From assembly GCA_963730935.1 (NCBI GenBank), contig CAVSTP010000004.1, positions 1,152,001 through 1,216,000 on the forward strand: a stretch of 64,000 nt of DNA, written 5' to 3'. Source of the stretch: an uncultured Nitrospiraceae bacterium (GTDB lineage: Bacteria; Nitrospirota; Nitrospiria; Nitrospirales; Nitrospiraceae). Shown here piece by piece: positions 52,977 to 62,401 of the stretch. Positions within the stretch are counted from its first letter, which is position 1. Every line of letters starts with the position of its first letter. Below the pieces are notes generated by a model that was given only the letters and a program-made list of their open reading frames with translations, searched no databases and had not been told where the DNA came from. Position numbers and translations under genes: made by a program.

Positions 52977-54536
52977 TCATCGTGATCGTTTGTTTGACGG
53001 CTTCGCGCTCCGTCGCCGTGAGGCCGTCTTGCGTGTCTTTCCGCTGGAAGGACTGGGTTTCGACGTAGGGGTGCCGCCCTGCTCAACAAGGGCGCGCCGC
53101 TTTGCCGCCCATCCGGGCCGTGTGACCTGCATGACGCGGGAAATGACAAGTGAATCCGGCGGAACGTTCTGGGTTACCGTCGTTCCTGCCGCGATCACAG
53201 AGCCGGCGCCGACTGTCACAGGAGCCACCAACTGCGTGTCGCTGCCGATAAACACCCCGTCCTCGATGATGGTCTCTGATTTCCGCACGCCGTCATAATT
53301 GCACGTGATGGTGCCTGCGCCGATGTTCACGCCTTTCCCGATCTTTGCGTCCCCCAGATAGCTCAGATGATTGGCTTTCGAACCTTCACCAAGTTCGGTT
53401 TTTTTGGCTTCGACAAAATTGCCGATCTTGGCGCCCTTCCGCACGAGCACGTGGGGGCGAAGATGGGCGAAGGGGCCCAGCGTGGCATCGTCTTCGACGT
53501 GCGAATCGCGAAACACGCAATGATCGAGAATCTCAACTCGGTTGCCGATCATGCAGTCGGTAATCCTGGTCCCGGAACGCACGATGGTGTCTTCTCCGAT
53601 CACCGTCGTCCCTTCCAGCATCACGTTCGGATACAGCACCGAATCTCTTCCGATGGTGACCCCGGCATCGATCCATGTGGAGGCAGGATCGATCATCCGT
53701 ACCCCAGCATCGAGCCAGCGATGACGTATCTGCCGCCGCACGATCTGTTCGGCCTCGGCCAATTGGCGCCGTGTGTTGACGCCGATGCCTTCGTGCGGAT
53801 CCTCGAGCCGAACCGCCGCCACTCGGCGTCCCTGCTCGACCGCCATCTGCACGATGTCCGTCAGGTAAAATTCTCCCTGCGCATTGCTCGGCTGCAACCG
53901 CTCGAGGGCGGAAAACAAAAAATCGCCTTCAACGACGTAGGTACCGACATTGATCTCATGGATCACTTTGACCACGGCATCGGCGTCACGATCTTCCACA
54001 ATACGTGACACACATTCATCCGATGACGATCTCACGACCCGGCCGTAGCCGCTCGCATCGTCCAGCACCGCAGTCAGGATCGTGACGGCGGCTTCCTGCC
54101 GTCGGTGCACCTCCAGAAGTTCACGGAGCGTCGCTTCCCGAAGCAGCGGAGTATCGCCATTGAGAATCATGAACTGCCCCGGCATGGAGCGACCCGACTC
54201 CACGAACACCGGCCGCGTCTGCAGCACCGCATGCCCGGTCCCCAACAACTCCTGCTGTTCGACGATGGAAATGGGCACATGCCCGTTCCTGTGCCCTGTA
54301 GCGTCCTTGATGACCTGGCTGACGCGGTCGGCCTGGTGGCCGACGATGACGGCAATCTGATGACCGGCGACGCGCAACGCCAGATCCACCGAGTACAGAA
54401 CCATCGCCCGTCCGGCGACCGGATGCAGCACCTTTGCATGCTTGGACTGCATCCGTTTTCCCAACCCGGCCGCCATGACGACAACTGCGACTCCTGGCAC
54501 GGGACGGGCGGCGCTCTCCCGTGCAGCCTGCTTCAT
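52977..54536 (-). CDS. glmU: Bifunctional GlmU
   Basis: MAAGLGKRMQS, LGTGHAV, hexapeptide repeats, NYDG. AAGGAG RBS before 54536. Confidence 0.97.
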   Translation of the reverse strand: MKQAARESAARPVPGVAVVVMAAGLGKRMQSKHAKVLHPVAGRAMVLYSVDLALRVAGHQIAVIVGHQADRVSQVIKDATGHRNGHVPISIVEQQELLGTGHAVLQTRPVFVESGRSMPGQFMILNGDTPLLREATLRELLEVHRRQEAAVTILTAVLDDASGYGRVVRSSSDECVSRIVEDRDADAVVKVIHEINVGTYVVEGDFLFSALERLQPSNAQGEFYLTDIVQMAVEQGRRVAAVRLEDPHEGIGVNTRRQLAEAEQIVRRQIRHRWLDAGVRMIDPASTWIDAGVTIGRDSVLYPNVMLEGTTVIGEDTIVRSGTRITDCMIGNRVEILDHCVFRDSHVEDDATLGPFAHLRPHVLVRKGAKIGNFVEAKKTELGEGSKANHLSYLGDAKIGKGVNIGAGTITCNYDGVRKSETIIEDGVFIGSDTQLVAPVTVGAGSVIAAGTTVTQNVPPDSLVISRVMQVTRPGWAAKRRALVEQGGTPTSKPSPSSGKTRKTASRRRSAKPSNKRSR

Positions 54537-54562
54537 CTCTGTCTCCTTCACAGATGCCCGAT

Positions 54563-55231
54563 TCATCCGATCGGCACTCCTGCTTCCGGTTGCTTGACGG
54601 TCCCTCCCCACCTGGCCTCCGGGTCAGTCGCTCCGAGGGACGGTGAAGGCGAGTAGAGTCCGCCCGACACGATCAGTTTCATGGCTTCTTCCACGCTGAT
54701 ATTGATCGCTGTCACCTCGCGCTCGGGAACGAGAAGAAAATAGCCGGAAGTCGGATTCGGCGACGTCGGCACGTACACATGCACAAGCGGTTCCTGAGCT
54801 AAATCCTGCATATCTCCCTTCGTGACGCCCGTCACGAAGGCAAAGCAGTAGTGCCCGTTTTTCGGAAACTGGATCAGGACGACGCGGTGGTACGAGCCGC
54901 GCTCGGAGAAGGACAGGATGTCCATCATGGATTTCAATGTTGAGTAGATCCCTCTGACCAATGGCACTCGGTTGAGCCATGCTTCCCATAACTTCACGAT
55001 CTGCTTGCCGATGAAATTGGCCGCAAGCAGGCCGGTGATAAAGACCAGGAGAATCAATGTGACAATTCCCAGGCCGGGCACATAATGATCGGGGACCAGC
55101 TGCGCCAGGAGATCTCCGAGGATCCCGTCGACGGTGAGGAAAAGCGTCTTCAAAATGAGGATCGTGCCCCAAATGGGGGTAATGACGAGCAAGCCTGTCA
55201 GAAAGTAGCGTTTTAGCGAGGCTTTCAACAT
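54563..55231 (-). CDS. DUF502 membrane protein
   Basis: RYFLTGLLV..P, VPTSPNPTSGY, EEAMKLIVSGG. Confidence 0.93.
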   Translation of the reverse strand: MLKASLKRYFLTGLLVITPIWGTILILKTLFLTVDGILGDLLAQLVPDHYVPGLGIVTLILLVFITGLLAANFIGKQIVKLWEAWLNRVPLVRGIYSTLKSMMDILSFSERGSYHRVVLIQFPKNGHYCFAFVTGVTKGDMQDLAQEPLVHVYVPTSPNPTSGYFLLVPEREVTAINISVEEAMKLIVSGGLYSPSPSLGATDPEARWGGTVKQPEAGVPIG

Positions 55232-55357
55232 AAATCGCACCCGAGCGGACCGCTGTTCATCATACAGAGGTTGATAGGACGCTCGCAAGGGTTTTATTGC
55301 TATTTTCAATAACTTGGACTACTATCCCGCGCGTTTTGCGGGTGCGCGGGAGAACGT

Positions 55358-56038
55358 ATGAGACAGCCACGGAAGATGAGGGATCGGCGGGGACTATTCC
55401 TCACCCTGGAAGGTCCCGAAGGTAGTGGAAAAAGTACACAGATGCTTCTCCTCGGTGCCGCGCTTCGGAAAGCGGGACACTCCGTAATCTTCACCCGGGA
55501 GCCAGGCGGGACCAAGGTGGCTGAAGCCATCAGGGAAACTCTGCTCTCAGCCACGTCCAACGAGCCGGTCACACCTCATACCGAGGCCCTGCTCGTGCTT
55601 GCAGCACGCAGCCAGCATGTCGCTCATTTAATTCGGCCGGCGCTCGGACGAGGAGCGATCGTGCTCTGTGACCGCTTCGCTGACTCCACTTTCGCGTATC
55701 AAGGGTTCGGTCGTGGTCTTTCACTGTCATGGCTGGAAAACGCCAATCGAGCAGCCACCGGAGGCCTCATGCCGCACCGTACATTGCTGCTCGATGTCCC
55801 TGCATCCGTTGGATTGGCCAGGCGTCGGCGCGCGCGCGGCAATCAGAACCGGTTGGATCGGGAATCCGCAGCCTTCCACCAACGGGTCCGCCAAGGATTT
55901 CTGACACTCGCGTCACGAGCCCCGCGGCGCATCCAGGTGGTCGATGCCAATCGGCCGGTCGAGGTCGTTCGAGCGGAGATCGAGGCTCTTGTGTTAGGTT
56001 GGTTGCGTACGAGAGGGCGCCGGACCCACGCACGATAA
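55358..56038 (+). CDS. tmk: Thymidylate kinase
   Basis: EGPEGSGKSTQ, TREPGG, DRF..ST.AYQG.GR. Confidence 0.97.
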   Translation: MRQPRKMRDRRGLFLTLEGPEGSGKSTQMLLLGAALRKAGHSVIFTREPGGTKVAEAIRETLLSATSNEPVTPHTEALLVLAARSQHVAHLIRPALGRGAIVLCDRFADSTFAYQGFGRGLSLSWLENANRAATGGLMPHRTLLLDVPASVGLARRRRARGNQNRLDRESAAFHQRVRQGFLTLASRAPRRIQVVDANRPVEVVRAEIEALVLGWLRTRGRRTHAR

Positions 56039-56039
56039 T

Positions 56040-57065
56040 ATGCCGTTCCACACGATCATTGGCCACCGCTCGACCATCGCCTCGCTCCAGACTGCGGCAG
56101 CCCGGCAACGTCTGGCACACGCCTATCTCTTTCACGGCGAAGATGCCATCGGGAAGCGAACGACCGCTCTCTGCTTCGCACAGGCGCTTCTCTGCGAGCG
56201 CGGTCCATCCGAGGACGGCCTCGACGCTTGCGGAACCTGCCGCTCCTGCCATCAGATCGACACGCGCACGCATCCCGATTACTTCGTGATTGAACCGGAT
56301 CGTGAACTCGCGACACCCCAGATCAAGATCGAACAGATTCGGCAGATCGAACAGCAGATCATCTATCGGCCATTGGTTGGAGACCGCAAAATCTGCATAA
56401 TCGACGACGCCGAGAGAATGACCATCGGCGCCGCCAACGCGCTCCTCAAAACGCTGGAAGAACCGCCCGATCACAGCCTGTTTCTCCTGATCTCAAGCCG
56501 GCCTGCCTCGCTCCCCGCGACCATCAGATCACGATGCCAGTCGCTTCGCTTCGCGACACCCGCACGCACCGATGTCGAAGCAGCGTTGATCCTCAAACGA
56601 GAGATGCGCCCGACCGATGCCCGGTTTCTTGCGATGCTCAGCGAAGGCCGTCTCGGAGAAGCCTTGTCAACCGACCTCAAGGCAGTTCGAGCACAGCAAC
56701 AGGAATTGAACGAACTGGTCAGTCCCAACTTTTTGCGGTCGGTCACGAATGTGCTGACCGCTGCAGAATCACTCGCGAAGGCTGACCGTGCCGCCGAAAC
56801 GCTTTCGTGGATCGCTCGTTGGGTCAGAGACCTTGTGATCATTCAGGTCGGCGGTGATCGCGATCAATTGCTGAACGTGGATCAGGTGCCGGTCTTGGAA
56901 CGCGATGCACGACAGGCACAGAGCGACGCCCTGCTGGACCTCCTGCGCGACATCGAGGGCACCCAGCAACAGGCGACGAGGCATCTCAACCTTCATATGG
57001 CGCTTGAAAACATTCTGTTGCGGCTTCGCGACGCACTCCTCACCTCCGCGCCTCAGCCGGCCTAG
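56040..57065 (+). CDS. holB: DNA polymerase III delta-prime subunit
   Basis: HAYLF.G, CGTCRSC, HPD, ANALLKTLEEPP, TIRSRC; follows tmk. Confidence 0.95.
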   Translation: MPFHTIIGHRSTIASLQTAAARQRLAHAYLFHGEDAIGKRTTALCFAQALLCERGPSEDGLDACGTCRSCHQIDTRTHPDYFVIEPDRELATPQIKIEQIRQIEQQIIYRPLVGDRKICIIDDAERMTIGAANALLKTLEEPPDHSLFLLISSRPASLPATIRSRCQSLRFATPARTDVEAALILKREMRPTDARFLAMLSEGRLGEALSTDLKAVRAQQQELNELVSPNFLRSVTNVLTAAESLAKADRAAETLSWIARWVRDLVIIQVGGDRDQLLNVDQVPVLERDARQAQSDALLDLLRDIEGTQQQATRHLNLHMALENILLRLRDALLTSAPQPA

Positions 57066-57071
57066 GGTCTT

Positions 57072-59114
57072 ATGCGAGATCAGCAAGCCTTCTATATCAC
57101 CACCCCGATTTACTACGTGAACGACGTGCCGCACATCGGACATGCGTACACCACGATTGCCGCAGACGTGCTCGCGCGCTATTGGCGGCTCCGTGGACGT
57201 GATGTCTTTTTTTTGACGGGACTCGACGAGCACGGGCAGAAGGTCCAACAGGCCGCGGCTAAGGCGGGAGTCGAGCCACAAGCCTACTGCGACAAACTGG
57301 CTCCTCAATTCGAAACGCTCTGGAAACGTCTGAATATCAGCAATGATGCCTTTATCAGAACGACCGAACCTAAGCACAAAAAGATCGTTCAACGGTATCT
57401 TCAAGAGCTCTCTGACAAAGGGTTGATTTACAAGGACTCATACACAGGATGGTACTGCACGTTCGATGAGCGATTTTGGACTGAAAAGGACGTCGCCGAT
57501 GGCCTGTGTCCTGACTGCAAACGCCCTGTCGAACGGCTGAGCGAGCACAATTACTTCTTTAAGATGGGCCAGTATCAGGACCGCCTGATCGACCACATCA
57601 AGACCCACGAAAATTTTATCCGCCCGGAATCCCGTCGCAACGAAGTGTTGGGATTTCTGCAGACAAAGAAGCTAGGCGATCTCTCAATTTCGCGTCCAAA
57701 GTCCAGACTCTCCTGGGGTATCGAGCTTCCGTTCGACAAGGATTATGTGACCTATGTCTGGTTCGATGCATTGGTGAATTATCTGTCGGCCTTGGAGTAC
57801 AAGCTCAATCAACCATCGCTCGACCGATACTGGCCAGCCTCAGTTCACCTTGTCGGGAAAGATATTCTCACGACGCACGCCGTTTATTGGTCAACCATGC
57901 TTATGGCCTTGAACCTTCCATTGCCCGACACAATTTTTGCGCACGGATGGTGGACAGTCGACGGTGAAAAGATGTCCAAGAGCCGCGGCAACGTTGTCGA
58001 TCCCTACTCGCAGATAGATTATTATGCAGATAATTATAAGGTGTATGCCTTTCGATATTTTCTTCTGCGCGAAGTGCCCTTCGGACAAGACGGTGATTTT
58101 TCGGAAGCAGCACTAGTGGCACGCATCAATAGCGACCTCGCGAATGGGCTTGGGAACCTCTTGAGCAGAACATTAACTCTTATAGAACGATCGACTGGCG
58201 GAATGATTCCAAATGTTCCCGCGCCACTCAGTTCGGATATAGAAGAAAGACTGACCACTGCTGGTGTGGAGGCCTTCTCTCGCGGAAGTTCAGACATTGA
58301 GGAATTGGCATTCAGTCGAGCTCTTGAACAGATCTGGCAATTGGTGCGAGCTGCCGATCAATACCTAGAATTTCATGCTCCATGGACGTTGGCGAAAGAT
58401 CCAAGCAAGAAGGTACTCTTGGAACGGGTGTTGTATAGAGCAGCGGATTCTCTTCGTCTGTTAGCAATTGCGATATACCCATTCATGCCAAGTACGGCAG
58501 AAGCAATAAGCCAACAGCTGGGAATCAACTTAGACTTCAAAGTTCCCATTACAATCCAAGAGAGACAGTGGAACAATCTTCGCTCTGGCACGAGAATTCA
58601 AAAAGCTGCTGCATTGTTCCCACGGATAGAGAGCAAACCCGGCACATATTCAATGACTGGAAATGAAGCAACACTTTCAATTTCACCAGGAGCCAAACCC
58701 GTGAGCGACACGCCAACTCCCTCACCATCCGCGACGTCCACTGCGCCGACCGCAGCTCAAACCACCCTAACGCCTGCGACGGCAGCACCTCAGCAAATCA
58801 CAATCGATGAGTTCCAAAAAATTCAGCTCAAGACGGCCACAGTGCTGAGCGCGGAACGAGTGCCGAAGTCCGAAAAGCTCTTGAAGCTTCAGGTCTCGCT
58901 CGGCGAAGAGCAACGCCAAATCGTAGCGGGAATCGGCAAACGGTACGAGCCTGAATCGCTGATCGGCAAGACCATCGTCATCGTCGCTAACCTGAAGCCC
59001 GCCAAACTGATGGGCATCGAGTCACAGGGCATGGTACTGGCCGCCGGCGACAGCGAGGTGCGAGGGTTGGCGACCTTTCTCGAAGACGTGGAGCCCGGCA
59101 CGAAAGTCAAATGA
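57072..59114 (+). CDS. metG: Methionyl-tRNA synthetase with C-terminal Trbp111-like domain
   Basis: HIGH, KMSKS, YVWFDAL, RQIVAGI...NLKPAKLMGIESQGM. Confidence 0.98.
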   Translation: MRDQQAFYITTPIYYVNDVPHIGHAYTTIAADVLARYWRLRGRDVFFLTGLDEHGQKVQQAAAKAGVEPQAYCDKLAPQFETLWKRLNISNDAFIRTTEPKHKKIVQRYLQELSDKGLIYKDSYTGWYCTFDERFWTEKDVADGLCPDCKRPVERLSEHNYFFKMGQYQDRLIDHIKTHENFIRPESRRNEVLGFLQTKKLGDLSISRPKSRLSWGIELPFDKDYVTYVWFDALVNYLSALEYKLNQPSLDRYWPASVHLVGKDILTTHAVYWSTMLMALNLPLPDTIFAHGWWTVDGEKMSKSRGNVVDPYSQIDYYADNYKVYAFRYFLLREVPFGQDGDFSEAALVARINSDLANGLGNLLSRTLTLIERSTGGMIPNVPAPLSSDIEERLTTAGVEAFSRGSSDIEELAFSRALEQIWQLVRAADQYLEFHAPWTLAKDPSKKVLLERVLYRAADSLRLLAIAIYPFMPSTAEAISQQLGINLDFKVPITIQERQWNNLRSGTRIQKAAALFPRIESKPGTYSMTGNEATLSISPGAKPVSDTPTPSPSATSTAPTAAQTTLTPATAAPQQITIDEFQKIQLKTATVLSAERVPKSEKLLKLQVSLGEEQRQIVAGIGKRYEPESLIGKTIVIVANLKPAKLMGIESQGMVLAAGDSEVRGLATFLEDVEPGTKVK

Positions 59115-59968
59115 GGTGGGTTGCCTCCATAGCCCTTTCATCGCTTCTCGCCCTCGTTCTTCCTCTGCTCTGCTCGGCCATCCCGGCTGAGGGCGAACCG
59201 CCGCCCGATCCACACCTCAACGACCCGAAGCCAACCAGGATCCTTGTCCGTGTGGTAGCTCATGGCGCGATGGTGCTCGGGCGCGAAGTCGGCGGCGCCC
59301 GCGTCACGATCACGGACCTCGAGACCAAACAGGTTCTCGCTACCGGCATTCAGCGAGGCGAGGCCGGCGACCAGAACCAGATCATGCGGACGCCGCACCT
59401 GATGGAAGAGCCCGTCTACAGCGCCCGGCCGGCGGCCGCATTCACGACGACCTTGGAACTCCGCAAACCGACGCTCGTGGAGATCACGGCGCAAGGGCCC
59501 CTCGCGCATCCGGCCTCCATGCAACAGACATCTCAGACCGTGCTGCTTATTCCCGGACATGATCTGACCAACGACGGCATCGTGCTCCATCTCTACGGAT
59601 ACATCGTGCAGATCGAGCATCCCAAACCCGGCCAATCGCTCATCGCCAAAGACGACGTCACGCTGCGAGCGTCCGTGAGAACCTTGTCCGGCACTTTGGT
59701 CCGGCCACACGGCGATTGGGATTCAAGAAAGATTCGCATCTATGGAGAGGTACTCATCGGCGACCGCATTATCGATCGTCTGCAAATGTTCTATTCCAAC
59801 GAAACAGGTACGTTCGATGCGCCATTCTTCGTGCCGAAGCCTGATGAAGCTCCGGACGGCATCACGCTCCGCATGGTTGCCACGGATCTCTCCATGGGAA
59901 ATTCCGGCGTGGGAACCGCTACGTATCCGGTCCTCACCGAACGATTAAAACCCACATCACGGCACTAA
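59111..59968 (+). CDS. Hypothetical exported protein
   Basis: Signal peptide, ATGA overlap with metG, GC-rich codon usage. Confidence 0.75.
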   Translation: MRWVASIALSSLLALVLPLLCSAIPAEGEPPPDPHLNDPKPTRILVRVVAHGAMVLGREVGGARVTITDLETKQVLATGIQRGEAGDQNQIMRTPHLMEEPVYSARPAAAFTTTLELRKPTLVEITAQGPLAHPASMQQTSQTVLLIPGHDLTNDGIVLHLYGYIVQIEHPKPGQSLIAKDDVTLRASVRTLSGTLVRPHGDWDSRKIRIYGEVLIGDRIIDRLQMFYSNETGTFDAPFFVPKPDEAPDGITLRMVATDLSMGNSGVGTATYPVLTERLKPTSRH

Positions 59969-60103
59969 GTATCCGCACTTCAATTCCTACCGTTCCTCTC
60001 TCAGCATCTCCAATCCGACGCATCTCTGGCAAATAGCTGATTTGTTTGACATTGCCCACACGTCACGAGATGCTGACACGAACCGCCACCCGCGTGCGCC
60101 GCC

Positions 60104-60847
60104 ATGAAGCTATCGATCATCATTCCGGCATTCAATGAAGCGGACACCATTGAAGCAGTGATCCGACGCATTATGGCCGTCGACCTTGGAGAAATTTGTA
60201 AAGAAATCATCGTCGTCGATGACGCGTCGTGCGACGACACTCCCCAGATTCTCCGGCGTCTGTCCGGCGTTCAGGTCATCCGCCATCTGGTCAATTCCGG
60301 CAAGGGATCGGCTCTTTCCTCGGGAATCAAGGCCGCTACGGGTGACATTGTGATCTTTCAAGACGCTGATCTTGAGTATGCACCGGAGGATTACCCGGCC
60401 ATCATTCAGCCTATCCTTGATGGCTCATACGACGCCGTCATGGGATCACGGTTTCTCCGTGAGCGGCCAGTCTTTCTGGGGTCGCGAAAATCGCCTTATC
60501 TCAACCACTACATCGGTAATCTTCTCATCATCTGGGTCACAAATGTTCTGTATGGGAAGCGATTTACCGACTATGAAGGCTGCTACAAGGCATTTCGCCG
60601 TTCCGTCCTGCTCGACACGCCGGTTGAGGCGACTGGGTTTGAGTTCGACAACGAGTTGATCTGCAAGGTGATGCGAAGAGGCGTCCGGATCTCCGAAGTG
60701 CCCATCCAATACCATCCGCGTACCTACGCGCAGGGGAAAAAAATCACCTGGCGTCACGGCCTCGTAATGCTGTGGACCATCGTGAAGTGGCGCCTCCTTC
60801 CTCTTCCCGCGTCGCAAACCGTGATCGACCGTACCATGGTCGCCTGA
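60104..60847 (+). CDS. GT2 polyprenol-phosphate glycosyltransferase (DPM1-like)
   Basis: LSIIIPAFNE, VDDAS.D, NSGKG, QDADLEY.P, GSRF, GFEFD.E, R....GKKITW. Confidence 0.92.
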   Translation: MKLSIIIPAFNEADTIEAVIRRIMAVDLGEICKEIIVVDDASCDDTPQILRRLSGVQVIRHLVNSGKGSALSSGIKAATGDIVIFQDADLEYAPEDYPAIIQPILDGSYDAVMGSRFLRERPVFLGSRKSPYLNHYIGNLLIIWVTNVLYGKRFTDYEGCYKAFRRSVLLDTPVEATGFEFDNELICKVMRRGVRISEVPIQYHPRTYAQGKKITWRHGLVMLWTIVKWRLLPLPASQTVIDRTMVA

Positions 60848-60862
60848 TCGGTCGGAGCACCG

Positions 60863-62392
60863 ATGATTCAGAAAATTTGCCTCATCATCCCACCGTCACT
60901 TTTCCTGCTGGACGAACGGGTGTTCATGTCGCTGGGGATTTTGAAAGTGGCGGCGGTGCTAGAGCAGGAAGGAGTTACGGTCGAACTGTTGGATCTGTCC
61001 GGTGTCACGAATTACGAAGAGGCACTCGCAGCCCACATCCAACAGAGTCGAGTTGAATGCTTCGGCATTACGGCCACCACCCCGCAAATGCCGGCCGCAA
61101 CGAACATTCACGCAACAATCCGGCGCCTCCGACCATCGGCACGAATTGTCTTAGGCGGCCCGCATGTCACACTCGTCTACGCCGCTGCGAAACATGAACG
61201 AAAACGGAGTGTGCTGGGTCGCGCCTCGAGGGCGGTCAAACAACTCACCGCCATGTTCGATGTCCTCGTGACGGGCGACGGCGAAATCGCCATCTTCGAA
61301 GCCTTGCAGCCATCCCCTCCGCGCATTGTGGATGGCGACGACTCCCGGTCGCAATACTTCTTGAGCAATGCTTCACTCGAGCAATTGCCGTTTCCCGCGC
61401 GCCATCTGGTTGACGTCTCCACCTATCACTACAGCATTGACGGAACCAGATCGCTTTCCATGATCGCTCAGCTGGGGTGCCCCTTCGGTTGCGGGTTTTG
61501 CGGAGGGAGAATGAGTCCGTTTCTTCGTCGTGTCCGCACGCGTTCTTCCGAAAATATCGTCCGGGAAATGGTGCACCTTTATCATACGTACGGAGTAAAG
61601 GGCTTCATGCTTTACGACGATGAACTCAATGTGAACCCCAAGATCACATCGTTGATGAGCCTGATTGCGAACACTCAGCAGCAACTCGGTGTCGAATTTC
61701 GACTTCGCGGCTTTATCAAGGCGGAGCTCTTTACTGATGAACAGGCAGAGGCCATGTACGAGGCCGGCTTTCGATGGATCCTCGTGGGATTCGAATCTGG
61801 AGAGCCGCAGATCTTGGAAAATATCCAAAAGAAGGCGAGCCGAGACGATAACTCGCGCTGCATAGAGATCGCCCGGAAGCACAATTTGAAAGTGAAGGCC
61901 CTGATGTCATTGGGACATCCCGGCGAATCCGAGGACACGATACGAGCGACGCGTGACTGGCTTCTCGATGTACGGCCGGACGATTTCGATGCGACGGTTA
62001 TTACGACCTATCCGGGCACGCCCTATTTCGACGAAGCGGTTGAAACCTCTCCTGGCATCTGGACCTATACATGTCGGAACTCAGAGGACACGCTGCACAG
62101 TGTCGAAGTTGACTACCGCCATGTCGCCGAATACTACAAAGGCGCTCCTGGAAACTATACGGCATTCGTCTATACCGATCACCTGACGAGCGAGCAACTT
62201 GTCGACCTGCGCGACCGTCTGGAGGCCGACGTCCGGGCGGCACTTTCCCTTTCATTTAACCCTGCCGATCCCGGCCTTCGCTACGAGCATTCCATGGGTC
62301 AGGGAGCGCTCCCACCGTATATTCTAAAGACCTCGAACCCGTCGACGGCACGGACAGGGACCGACCTACTCCGAATCCTACCTTCACGATAG
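60863..62392 (+). CDS. Cobalamin-binding radical SAM enzyme
   Basis: N-terminal B12-binding domain (LG...VAA, GGPH.T, GDGE), CPFGCGFC, DDELN, GFESG, YPGTP. Confidence 0.92.
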   Translation: MIQKICLIIPPSLFLLDERVFMSLGILKVAAVLEQEGVTVELLDLSGVTNYEEALAAHIQQSRVECFGITATTPQMPAATNIHATIRRLRPSARIVLGGPHVTLVYAAAKHERKRSVLGRASRAVKQLTAMFDVLVTGDGEIAIFEALQPSPPRIVDGDDSRSQYFLSNASLEQLPFPARHLVDVSTYHYSIDGTRSLSMIAQLGCPFGCGFCGGRMSPFLRRVRTRSSENIVREMVHLYHTYGVKGFMLYDDELNVNPKITSLMSLIANTQQQLGVEFRLRGFIKAELFTDEQAEAMYEAGFRWILVGFESGEPQILENIQKKASRDDNSRCIEIARKHNLKVKALMSLGHPGESEDTIRATRDWLLDVRPDDFDATVITTYPGTPYFDEAVETSPGIWTYTCRNSEDTLHSVEVDYRHVAEYYKGAPGNYTAFVYTDHLTSEQLVDLRDRLEADVRAALSLSFNPADPGLRYEHSMGQGALPPYILKTSNPSTARTGTDLLRILPSR

Positions 62393-62401
62393 AAGCCGAT
62401 T

